DNA of 16,192 nucleotides, taken from assembly GCA_038851325.1 (NCBI GenBank), contig JAWCKZ010000015.1:1-16192 (forward strand), given 5' to 3'. This document shows positions 1 through 7,592 of this stretch, one piece after another. Position 1 is the stretch's first letter. Each line of letters opens with the position of its first letter. A model generated the notes under the pieces. The model was not told the origin of the DNA, did no database searches, and was given only the letters and a program-made list of their open reading frames with translations. The stretch comes from Candidatus Bilamarchaeaceae archaeon (GTDB lineage Archaea > Micrarchaeota > Micrarchaeia > Anstonellales > Bilamarchaeaceae). The position numbers and the translations under genes are program-made.

Positions 1-218
1 TTGGTGGCGGGTATCTTATAGAGGTAAGCAAAGAGACAGCACTTGAAAAATTAAAGAGACGCGCGGAGTTAACAAAGCAGGCTATCGAAAGACTCGCGCA
101 GGAGTTCTCGAAAATATCGGCAAGACTCGATGCAACAGCTAAGCAGTTAAGAGAAACAGAAAGAAGAATTGTGATAAGCAAGAGGACCGAAGAATCCGCA
201 AAAGAAGATTATATTTAA
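1..218 (+). CDS. pfdA: Prefoldin alpha subunit, 3' part (runs off the window start)
   Basis: Manual translation from nt 3: GGGYLIEVSKETALEKLKRRAELTKQAIERLAQEFSKISARLDATAKQLRETERRIVISKRTEESAKEDYI*, TAA at 216-218. Matches the prefoldin-alpha GxGYxVExxxEEA hairpin followed by a coiled coil. pfdA-ftsY is a conserved archaeal gene order. Confidence 0.88.
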   Translation, partial: GGGYLIEVSKETALEKLKRRAELTKQAIERLAQEFSKISARLDATAKQLRETERRIVISKRTEESAKEDYI

Positions 219-252
219 AGTATGACTTGAACAAGATTAAATAAGGTCAGCT

Positions 253-1350
253 ATGTTCGATTTTCTTAAGAAAAAGTTCACTGATTTCATAGACAAAGTA
301 ACTGGCAAAGGCAGTGAAGGTGAGAAAGAAGAAAAATTAGAATCAGAAACACAGAAAAAGGAGGCAGACGTAGAGTCAGAAAAAGCAGAACCAGAAAAAA
401 AGCCCGAGGAGAAAAAGCAGAGGAGAAAAACAAGGGAGAAGACGGAAATAAAACAGCCAAAAGTATCCCTTAGCATAACCTCAACGGTAAAAAGCCTTTT
501 AACAAGAGAAGTAGAAATAAAAGAAGAGGATATCAGAACTACCATTGAAAATTTTGAGCTTGAACTAATCGCAGGTGATGTTGCTATAGAAGTAGCAGAG
601 GGGATAGTATCTGATTTGAAAAGAAGGCTTGTTGGGCAAAAGATCAAAAAGGAAAAACTTCATGAATTTATTAAAAGCCAAATGACCGCCGTCCTGGAGG
701 AGGCCATGATAACTGGGAAGGAGTTCAATTTTCTTAGGGAAATTGCGCAAAAAGAAAGGCCTGTAAAAATTCTTTTCCTCGGAATAAATGGTTCTGGTAA
801 GACCACGACCATAGCAAAGATAGCGCACCTTCTTATGAAGAACGGTTATAGTGTCGTTATGGCTGGAGCAGATACCTTTAGAGCAGCAGCGATAGAGCAG
901 ATAAGTATCCATGCGGACAGGCTTGGCGTAAAGTTAATCAAACGGGAGTATGGGAGTGATCCGACCTCTGTAGCATTTGACGCAGTAAGATATGCAGAGG
1001 CGCATGGTATAGACGTTGTCCTGATAGACACAGCAGGACGGCAGGAGACCAATATAAATCTTATGAATGAACTGAAGAAAATGGAGCGCGTGATCAAGCC
1101 CGACATGAAACTCTATGTAGGTGAAAGTATAGGCGGAAGCGCAGTTATAGAACAGGTCAAGGCCTTCAACTCTGAGATAGGCATAGACGGCATCGTTCTT
1201 ACGAAACTGGACTGCGACGCTAAAGGCGGCACTACAATATCTGTTGCGAAGGCAAGCGGGGTACCGGTTGTTTTGATTGGAACCGGTCAGAAATACGATG
1301 ACATCGAATCTTTTGCCCCAGAAAAAATAATCGAACGGCTGATGAGTTGA
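253..1350 (+). CDS. ftsY: Signal recognition particle receptor FtsY
   Basis: SRP-GTPase motifs GINGSGKTTT, DTFRAAAIEQ, DTAGR, TKLDCDAKGG, GTGQKYDD. N-terminal MFDFLKKKF followed by a charged linker. Confidence 0.97.
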   Translation: MFDFLKKKFTDFIDKVTGKGSEGEKEEKLESETQKKEADVESEKAEPEKKPEEKKQRRKTREKTEIKQPKVSLSITSTVKSLLTREVEIKEEDIRTTIENFELELIAGDVAIEVAEGIVSDLKRRLVGQKIKKEKLHEFIKSQMTAVLEEAMITGKEFNFLREIAQKERPVKILFLGINGSGKTTTIAKIAHLLMKNGYSVVMAGADTFRAAAIEQISIHADRLGVKLIKREYGSDPTSVAFDAVRYAEAHGIDVVLIDTAGRQETNINLMNELKKMERVIKPDMKLYVGESIGGSAVIEQVKAFNSEIGIDGIVLTKLDCDAKGGTTISVAKASGVPVVLIGTGQKYDDIESFAPEKIIERLMS

Positions 1351-1373
1351 GATTTCAACCGCGATTTCCCGTG

Positions 1374-1388
1374 CGGAAGATTTTTAAG
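1374..1388 (+). promoter_or_regulatory. Putative BRE/TATA promoter of the exosome operon
   Basis: CGGAAGA followed by TTTTTAAG (1381-1388) in the 148-nt ftsY-rrp4 gap. Confidence 0.4.
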
Positions 1389-1419
1389 CGATTGTGTTTC
1401 AAAAACATATGGAGAGAGA

Positions 1420-1491
1420 CAGAAGAAGGTAATGGTCTTCTGATTTTCCGTTTAAAGTACAAACCTAGACTGAAAGTCTAAGGAAAAGAAG
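1420..1491 (+). other. Structured 5' leader upstream of rrp4
   Basis: Complementary pairs CAGAAGA(1420-1426)/TCTTCTG(1436-1442), TTTTCC(1444-1449)/GGAAAA(1482-1487), GTTT(1450-1453)/AAAC(1461-1464) and TAGACT(1466-1471)/AGTCTA(1475-1480). Confidence 0.4.
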
Positions 1492-1498
1492 TGGTCTA

Positions 1499-2107
1499 AT
1501 GGAAAGAAGGATTGTTCTACCAGGTGATAAGGTAGCTGAAGGACAGGTTAATATACCGTATACCTACTATGACCCGGACAGTAATGCGCGCTATGCAACA
1601 CTCGTTGGGCTTGTAGACGAAACCGGAAGATACATCCCAATAGAAAAGAGTTACAGCCCAACTGTAGGTGATTTTGTTGTAGGCATCATAACCGACGTCC
1701 GACATGCTGGATATAACGTCACGCTTGGGATACCAGCAGAAGGATTTATATCATCAAAGTTCCTACGAGTAAACCTCCAACTTGGCGATGTTGTAATGGG
1801 GAGAGTAAAAGCTGTTGAAAGGGGAAGCATAGAACTTGGAGAAATTAGAAGGCTTCCTCCAGGAAAAATCGTCGAGTTTCCTTCAGCAAAGATACCGCGA
1901 CTTATAGGGAAGAACATGAGCATGCTTGAGCTTCTTAAACAGCACGGAAAGGGAGACATAGTTATAGGAAGTAACGGCTATGTCTGGATCAGTGAAAATG
2001 CCGACATTCCAAAGGTGATACGGGCAATGGAACTCATAAGCGAGAGAGCACACAAGACAGGCCTCACTGAGATGATTGTTGAATTTTTTGAGAAAGAAAA
2101 AAGGTGA
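1499..2107 (+). CDS. rrp4: Exosome complex RNA-binding protein Rrp4 (S1 + KH domains)
   Basis: Motifs IVLPGD, YSPTVGDFVVGII (S1), KIPRLIGK and IVIGSNGYVW (KH), AHKTGLT. First gene before rrp41/rrp42. Confidence 0.95.
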   Translation: MERRIVLPGDKVAEGQVNIPYTYYDPDSNARYATLVGLVDETGRYIPIEKSYSPTVGDFVVGIITDVRHAGYNVTLGIPAEGFISSKFLRVNLQLGDVVMGRVKAVERGSIELGEIRRLPPGKIVEFPSAKIPRLIGKNMSMLELLKQHGKGDIVIGSNGYVWISENADIPKVIRAMELISERAHKTGLTEMIVEFFEKEKR

Positions 2108-2111
2108 GCGC

Positions 2112-2852
2112 ATGGGAATTAGCGCTGATGTTAAATTAATAGAAAACGGTAGAAGAATCGATGGGAGACTTCCAGATGAGTTACGGAAGATAAGAATAGA
2201 TGTTGGAGTAATACCAGAGGCTGATGGATCTGCGTTTATAGAATGGGGAGGAAACAAGATCATATGCGGTATCCATGGTCCAAGAGAATGTATTCCAAAG
2301 CACGAAGCAAGCCCGTTCCACGCGCTGCTGAAATGCAGGTATTCTATGTCGCCGTTTGCCTCGTTAGAAGAACATGGAAAGAGCGGACCGAGCAGAAGAA
2401 GTGTCGAACTCTCGAAGGTAATACGCGAAGTCCTTGAAAATTTGGTGATAACTGATGAATTTCCCAATACGCAGATAGATGTTTTCATTGATGTGCTACA
2501 GGCTGAAGGAGGAACACGAACCGCTTCCATTGTTGCAGCCTCTGTGGCGCTTGCAAATGCTGGGATACCGATGAGAGACATAGCCGCAGCGGTTTCTGTG
2601 GGAAAGGCAGACGGAACTCTCATAATTGACCTTGGAAAACTTGAAGACAATTTTGGTCAATCCGATATGCCGCTTGCTTTTTCAGCACGCGATGGAAGAC
2701 TTTTACTCGTTCAGATGGATGGACTTCTTACAAAAGAAGAGATAAAGCAGCTGATTGAGATGGGTGAAAAGGCTGCAAGAAGAATAAACGCTATCCAAGT
2801 AGAATCTCTAAAAAGATTTTATGAGAAAGGCGGAGAAGCCTTCAAACTATAA
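2112..2852 (+). CDS. rrp41: Exosome catalytic subunit Rrp41 (RNase PH family), 246 aa
   Basis: Motifs RIDGRLPDELR, ADGSA, GPRE, GPSRRSVELSK, GGTRTAS, and DLGKLED...DMP with the catalytic Asp residues. Start moved to ATG 2112 because SD GGTGA lies at 2103-2107. Confidence 0.96.
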   Translation: MGISADVKLIENGRRIDGRLPDELRKIRIDVGVIPEADGSAFIEWGGNKIICGIHGPRECIPKHEASPFHALLKCRYSMSPFASLEEHGKSGPSRRSVELSKVIREVLENLVITDEFPNTQIDVFIDVLQAEGGTRTASIVAASVALANAGIPMRDIAAAVSVGKADGTLIIDLGKLEDNFGQSDMPLAFSARDGRLLLVQMDGLLTKEEIKQLIEMGEKAARRINAIQVESLKRFYEKGGEAFKL

Positions 2853-2861
2853 AAAGGTGAA

Positions 2862-3659
2862 ATGATGGGAGAGGAGACAAAGGATATAGTCATGAAACAT
2901 ATGAGAAAAAGGGTGATGGAAAGCATCCTGGCTAAGGGAACACGAATAGACGGAAGAAACTTCGAGGATATTAGAATCGTTGAGATACAAAAGGGTGCAA
3001 TAGCAACTGCAGAAGGTTCTTCATTTGTAAAACTTGGCCACACGCAAGTTTTGGTTGCTACGAAGTTTGATGTTGTTACACCATTTCCGGACAGGCCTAC
3101 AGAGGGTGCTCTCATAGTTAACTCAGAATTCCTTCCGCTCGCTTCTGCCTCGTTCGAACCCGGTCCACCTGATGAAAATTCTATAGAAGCGGCCCGAACA
3201 GTCGATAGAGCTGTTAGAAGTTCAGAAGCGCTGGACCTAAACTCCTTTTACATTGAGGAGGGAAAGGTACTTGGACTTTTTATTGATATTTATGTTATGA
3301 ATCACGCAGGCAATTACACGGACGCAGCTACTTTGGCAGCGACAGCAGCGCTCATGAACACTAGAATACCAAAAGTGGAAAATGGAAAGATAATTCGTGG
3401 GGAATATAACGGCGGACTTAAACTAAGATCTTTACCTGTCTCGACTACATTTGCTAAGATAGGGAAGTATTGGCTCGTTGATCCTACAAAGGACGAGGAG
3501 AATGTCATGGAAACGAGAATAACTATCGCAACAACAGAAGAGCATGTGTGCGCAATACAAAAGGGGCAGGGTTGGCTTACAAAGGAGGAGCTTTTTAATA
3601 ACATCGACATAGCATTTAAAAAGGGTTCTGAGTTAAGAAAAATACTACTTTCGGACTAG
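2862..3659 (+). CDS. rrp42: Exosome subunit Rrp42
   Basis: Motifs RIDGR, AEGSSFVKLG, PFPDRPTEG, FEPGPPDENSIE, VDPTKDEE, AIQKG. SD GGTGA at 2856-2860. Confidence 0.96.
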   Translation: MMGEETKDIVMKHMRKRVMESILAKGTRIDGRNFEDIRIVEIQKGAIATAEGSSFVKLGHTQVLVATKFDVVTPFPDRPTEGALIVNSEFLPLASASFEPGPPDENSIEAARTVDRAVRSSEALDLNSFYIEEGKVLGLFIDIYVMNHAGNYTDAATLAATAALMNTRIPKVENGKIIRGEYNGGLKLRSLPVSTTFAKIGKYWLVDPTKDEENVMETRITIATTEEHVCAIQKGQGWLTKEELFNNIDIAFKKGSELRKILLSD

Positions 3660-3679
3660 CGCGTCATAGGGGTGCCAAC

Positions 3680-3919
3680 ATGAGAACAGAAAAGTACGGC
3701 GCACGGATAAGAAAACTGTATGAAGCCGCAATAGTGGCAGCCAAAACTGCATACGAATGCCCAAAATGCCATAAGAAAAAATTGAGGCGCGCAGGCAACG
3801 CATTTTGGAAATGTAGATCGTGCGGGGCAGAGTTTGCAGGTGGGGCTTATTCATTCACTACTGAGGTAGGTGAGATAGCCAGCAGGCTAATGGCTGAATA
3901 TGCAAAAACTTCAAGGTGA
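3680..3919 (+). CDS. rpl37ae: 50S ribosomal protein L37Ae (eL43)
   Basis: KYGARIRK, zinc finger CPKC...WKCRSC, FAGGAY. Canonical position after rrp42. Confidence 0.96.
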   Translation: MRTEKYGARIRKLYEAAIVAAKTAYECPKCHKKKLRRAGNAFWKCRSCGAEFAGGAYSFTTEVGEIASRLMAEYAKTSR

Positions 3920-3924
3920 AACAA

Positions 3925-4062
3925 ATGCCTGAGTATAAGGACCAAAAAACTGGTGAGGTTGTAAAGATAAGCACAGAAAAAGGTTTTAAGTTTCCATCAA
4001 CTGGAGCGAAGATCCTGCTTAAGACAAGACCACCGATCGCAAAGGAGGTTAGTACAGATTGA
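3925..4062 (+). CDS. rpoP: RNA polymerase subunit Rpo12 (RpoP), 45 aa, cysteine-free variant
   Basis: Not in the ORF track. MPEYKDQKTGEVVKISTEKGFKFPSTGAKILLKTRPPIAKEVSTD*. The C-terminal KILLKxRPPxxKxV is the Rpo12 signature. It sits in the canonical slot between rpl37ae and Brix, with SD GGTGA at 3915-3919. Confidence 0.88.
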   Translation: MPEYKDQKTGEVVKISTEKGFKFPSTGAKILLKTRPPIAKEVSTD

Positions 4063-4337
4063 TAGTAACGACATCCAGGTACGCTAGTCGAGAAACAAGA
4101 GAGTTTGCAAGGCAGTTTGCCGAAAAAAATAAGGGAAGATACGTATCAAGATGCAAAAAAACAGTTCACGACCTTATAGACTTCTTGTGGAGAAAAGGCG
4201 AAAGCCGGCTGCTGATAGTAGAGGAACGTGAAAAAAAACCAAGTTTCATCAACGAGATAGAAATTGACCACTGGAAAAGGTGGAAATGGGGTAAAAGATA
4301 CGGAATTGAGAAGTATGAGGATAAAGGGAAGATTTGA
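4059..4337 (+). CDS. Short Brix/Imp4-domain ribosome biogenesis protein (92 aa)
   Basis: MIVTTSRYASRETREFAR matches the Brix N-terminal TTSRxxSxxTRxFA. YVSRCKKT corresponds to YxxRGKxS. TTG start overlaps the rpoP stop (TTGA), SD GGAGG at 4044-4048. Confidence 0.82.
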   Translation: MIVTTSRYASRETREFARQFAEKNKGRYVSRCKKTVHDLIDFLWRKGESRLLIVEEREKKPSFINEIEIDHWKRWKWGKRYGIEKYEDKGKI

Positions 4338-4575
4338 TGTTGAATTCGATAGCGAGAAAGATGCAGCAAGTGCAGAGACGGCCCTCTCTCACGAAGGCAA
4401 AGGAAGCGGTAGGGGAAGGGTAAGTATTCTCAGAAAAAGAAAAACATTGGAGGTAAGCATAGACGCATCAGATACGGTTGCGTTTCGGGCCATGATAAAC
4501 ACTATCATGCGTGACCTCCAGGTAGTAGAAGGAGAAATTATAGTGTGCAAGGAGGAAACGAAGAATAATTTATAA
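4315..4575 (+). CDS. pcc1: KEOPS complex subunit Pcc1 (86 aa)
   Basis: FDSEKDA...AL..E...R.RV...LEVSIDASDTVAFRAMINTIMRDL matches the Pcc1 IxAxDxxxLRAxxNxxxR motif. Syntenic before pfdB. ATG 4315 is preferred to TTG 4264. Confidence 0.88.
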   Translation: MRIKGRFDVEFDSEKDAASAETALSHEGKGSGRGRVSILRKRKTLEVSIDASDTVAFRAMINTIMRDLQVVEGEIIVCKEETKNNL

Positions 4576-4632
4576 GGTTATGAGAAGTATCTTTAAGAGT
4601 TTATTAAATCAAGATAAGAAAGAGGTGAAACA

Positions 4633-4989
4633 ATGAAGAAAGAGGAGGAAGATATAACTAAGGCGCTTTCAGAGTACGAGAATCTGGAAAAGCAACTGGA
4701 GGTTTTAATCCTACAGAAGAATCAACTCGCACTCCAAACTGCTGAGACAAAAAATGCGCTTGAAGAGTTAAAGGGTGCAACCGGCGATGTCTATCGTTCG
4801 ATCGGCTCGCTCGTAATTAAAACTACAAAAGAAGAGGCTGAAAAAAGCCTAAAGGAGAAGCTTGAACTGATGGAAATAAAACAGAAGACTATCGTAAAAG
4901 AGGAGGAAAAGCTTAGAAAGATACTACTTGAATTGCAAGAAAGATTAAAGGAAAAGATGAAGGAGTATGAAACAGAAAAATCTTCTTAA
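4633..4989 (+). CDS. pfdB: Prefoldin beta subunit
   Basis: Coiled coil, then ALEEL...VYRSIGSLVIK, then coiled coil. SD GAGGTGA at 4622-4628. Confidence 0.94.
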   Translation: MKKEEEDITKALSEYENLEKQLEVLILQKNQLALQTAETKNALEELKGATGDVYRSIGSLVIKTTKEEAEKSLKEKLELMEIKQKTIVKEEEKLRKILLELQERLKEKMKEYETEKSS

Positions 4990-5926
4990 TTTGCTAAGGA
5001 GGATAAAAAGTAAGAAAGTGGTAATAACAACTCATAGAAAAGCAGATGTCGATGCTGTCGCATCTGCATTCGCAATAAGCGAATTGCTTGATAATCCAAC
5101 AATCGCATTTCATGAAGACCCGGATGAAGGAGCACGACAGCTTATAGAATTCCTAAAGATACAACCAAAAGAATTAGGCACACTTAACCCTCTGGAGTTT
5201 GATTGGTTAATAGTGGTAGATGCATCTTCCTCAGCACTTGTTAAAGCAAGTGGAAATTGGAAGATCTTCCTTGTTATAGACCATCACGCGCCAGAGGGGA
5301 GGGATATTATTGGGGAATATAATATAATAGAACCTGATGCACCGGCCACTTCTGAGATGATAGCAAATCGTCTGTACCAAAGGTTATCAAAAAACGCTGC
5401 ATTTGCGCTTGCATGTGGGATAGTCTCGGACACTGCACGGTTTAAATCTGGGAGAATGGAGACCTTTTATATACTCTCAAAACTCATGAAAAAATGTGGC
5501 GCGCTTTATGCAGAATTGCTAAAATATGCAGAGCCTACAATAAAAAGAAGCGAACAGATCGCCATCTTGAAAGGATTCCAGCGTTTGCAAATTTTTGAGA
5601 TTGGCGAGTATGTGATAGTAGCGACCGAGGTTGGCAGCTCAGCAAGCGATGTTGCGAGCCATCTTGCAGATGTCGCGAATGCAGCATTCGCTGCTGATTG
5701 GAAGGAAAACGAGGGTGAGACAAGGATGTCTGCGCGTGCGTCGCGTGAATTCCCTGTTCCGCTTAATGTGGTTATGGCAAAGACAGCAGAAAGGCTTGGC
5801 GGAATGGGCGGCGGACATAAAAAGGCTGCAGGTTGCTCTGTAAAAGGAAAAAAACCAGACGAAGTTCTTGCTGTGTGCATTCAGGTTCTGAGGGAGCTCA
5901 TCCCCGCATATTCAGAATCTCGTTAA
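4967..5926 (+). CDS. DHH/DHHA1 family phosphoesterase (NrnA-like nanoRNase/pAp phosphatase candidate)
   Basis: Motifs THRKADVDAVAS, VVD, IDHH, GIVSDTARF, SAR, GGGHKKAAG. Typical gene after pfdB in the archaeal exosome superoperon. Confidence 0.9.
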   Translation: MKQKNLLNLLRRIKSKKVVITTHRKADVDAVASAFAISELLDNPTIAFHEDPDEGARQLIEFLKIQPKELGTLNPLEFDWLIVVDASSSALVKASGNWKIFLVIDHHAPEGRDIIGEYNIIEPDAPATSEMIANRLYQRLSKNAAFALACGIVSDTARFKSGRMETFYILSKLMKKCGALYAELLKYAEPTIKRSEQIAILKGFQRLQIFEIGEYVIVATEVGSSASDVASHLADVANAAFAADWKENEGETRMSARASREFPVPLNVVMAKTAERLGGMGGGHKKAAGCSVKGKKPDEVLAVCIQVLRELIPAYSESR

Positions 5927-7442
5927 ATTCTCCGCGCAGAAGCATATGCCAGAAATCACGGCTGAGTGCGCCGATGTATCTTCTCCTTGCTGCCTTGCTC
6001 AATTCCTCTGCAAGCTTTACCTTTTTCCAAGAGACATCTTTTCTTGCAGGCGCAATGACGTAGGAATTGTCATTATTTACAAGGAATTGAACTGATTTCA
6101 TAACGATGCGCCTTTCGCGTATAAGTTTTATCAGCTGCTCAGGAGACGGCTTTTCAGAAAGAGAGTCGTAGATGACCTGCGGAACAACTATTTTTGTAAA
6201 CCCCTGCGCTGCCTTCTCCCCACCGCAGTCGTAATTCATCGGTAGCGTCGTATGGTCATCCGGATCAAAATGGGTGTATGTACTATATCTCTCGACCATC
6301 TCATTCGCAAATGCAAAATTGATATTGTTTGTTGTAAGCCTGTCTGTGCCAAGATGTTTTCTAACGATGGGAGTAACATAGTTTTTGAGTTCCTGCGAAT
6401 CGAACTTTGGATTCTCAGGGCCAGGGTTGCATGCTGCGACAGAATCAGACATCGCGACTATCTGCTCTACATTGGCGATATTTATCTTCCTATTTTCAAC
6501 TGCGCTCAGGAGTCCAACATTGTAGATTTCTAGAGCGCGTGAATGGAAATTTATCGGATGGGCGATCCCAAGCGCAAGTTTTTTTGCATCTCTGTATTTT
6601 CCTAGGATGGGAAGCATCTCCCATATTGTCATACCTGAGAAATAAGATATCATCTTCATGTCCTCCCTAAAATCCAGAATTTCCCTTTTTATTGCTCTTG
6701 CAGTGATTCTATCTGCTATCCAAAGAAGGAGATGCGGACCATTTGGTCCGTTTGGCGGGAATGATGCTGTAAGTTCCAGTCCTATTATTTTTTTCATCCC
6801 AAGTGCATCCTCTATTTTCGAAAGATAATCGTATATGTCCTCCTCATAGGAATTGTGCGGCGTTGTAGCATCGTAGTCGATGTGGTAAAGCGCCATGATT
6901 CGGACAACATCCTGAAATCGTGAAACCCCGTCGTCCTTTACCCAGCGTTTTCCGACGGTTCCCCAGTGGCCATGTGATATCTTTCTGTACTCGTTTACTG
7001 GTTTCTTCTTCGAATATTCCATTACCTCGTCTGCAAATTTTGTCGCCTGAACTGTTTCGTCACCCATCACGAAAATCCTGCTTATGATGTAATCTTCGCG
7101 CTTTTCAGCCTTTAAGGCGTCCTCGCTTTTGATCTCAGGATTCGAATAATATATCTCGACCTTGTCTGGTGTTTTTCTCATGAAAACGAAAAAGTTCGAC
7201 TGCTTTTTGTCGTTACCAAGCGCTCTGTTGAATATTGTCTCATTATCATTGCATATGCTACTACTACCGCCCTGAAGTTGCTTAAGTTTTTCTCTATCAA
7301 CAATGCCAAAACCACGCTCAACAAGTAGTCTCTTAAATGTCTCCATAAAAAGATGCTGCTCAGCAGAATAAAGGCTCTCGCTCTTAAAGCCGTCTACCCT
7401 TCCGCTGCCGCCTCCCCTTCGCTTAGCCAATACCGGTGCCAT
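5898..7442 (-). CDS. PHP-family metal-dependent phosphoesterase with an unknown ~150-aa N-terminal region
   Basis: PHP motifs in the correct order: HGH (HxH), DYDATTPHN (cf. AITDHN), IIGLELT (GxEIT), HLL, IAHP, DPDDH (cf. GSDAH). 514-aa uninterrupted ORF. Confidence 0.72.
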   Translation of the reverse strand: MAPVLAKRRGGGSGRVDGFKSESLYSAEQHLFMETFKRLLVERGFGIVDREKLKQLQGGSSSICNDNETIFNRALGNDKKQSNFFVFMRKTPDKVEIYYSNPEIKSEDALKAEKREDYIISRIFVMGDETVQATKFADEVMEYSKKKPVNEYRKISHGHWGTVGKRWVKDDGVSRFQDVVRIMALYHIDYDATTPHNSYEEDIYDYLSKIEDALGMKKIIGLELTASFPPNGPNGPHLLLWIADRITARAIKREILDFREDMKMISYFSGMTIWEMLPILGKYRDAKKLALGIAHPINFHSRALEIYNVGLLSAVENRKINIANVEQIVAMSDSVAACNPGPENPKFDSQELKNYVTPIVRKHLGTDRLTTNNINFAFANEMVERYSTYTHFDPDDHTTLPMNYDCGGEKAAQGFTKIVVPQVIYDSLSEKPSPEQLIKLIRERRIVMKSVQFLVNNDNSYVIAPARKDVSWKKVKLAEELSKAARRRYIGALSRDFWHMLLRGEFNEILNMRG

Positions 7443-7465
7443 ATTTTATATTATGGATAAAAGTG

Positions 7466-7505
7466 TTTTTAAAAGCAAACGCTACCGCTGCTTGATCGTT
7501 TGCTT
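7466..7505 (-). promoter_or_regulatory. TATA box for the PHP gene (probably leaderless mRNA) with an adjacent 9-bp inverted repeat
   Basis: Minus-strand TTTTAAAAA at 7474-7466 lies 24-32 nt upstream of the ATG, with no SD. AAGCAAACG(7473-7481)/CGTTTGCTT(7497-7505) covers the BRE position. Confidence 0.5.
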
Positions 7506-7566
7506 ACCTCTCGGTCTTGTGAGGGATTGTTCGCATAGAATAAATATCCCAGAACCCGGCTACCTT

Positions 7567-7592
7567 TTCCGTTGAGATCCTTCCGTTGAGAT
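7567..7592. repeat. 12-bp direct repeat TTCCGTTGAGAT x2 (period 14)
   Basis: Exact copies at 7567-7578 and 7581-7592. Confidence 0.75.

Noticed and set aside
1457..1491. Resemblance to the GEMM/c-di-GMP-I riboswitch (CAAACC...GAAA...GG) or a hammerhead ribozyme
   Set aside because: It lacks the GACGCAAAG element and second stem of GEMM, and lacks the CUGANGA core of hammerheads. Kept only as a generic structured leader.
1897..1925. Degenerate KH GxxG loop in Rrp4 (IGKNMSM)
   Set aside because: Loss of the second Gly is known in other archaeal Rrp4 proteins, so it is not unusual.
237..3610. Long minus-strand ORFs (237-647, 1883-2650, 2819-3115, 3314-3610; likewise 14549-15211)
   Set aside because: They are Ser/Phe/Leu-rich antisense shadows of well-supported plus-strand genes.
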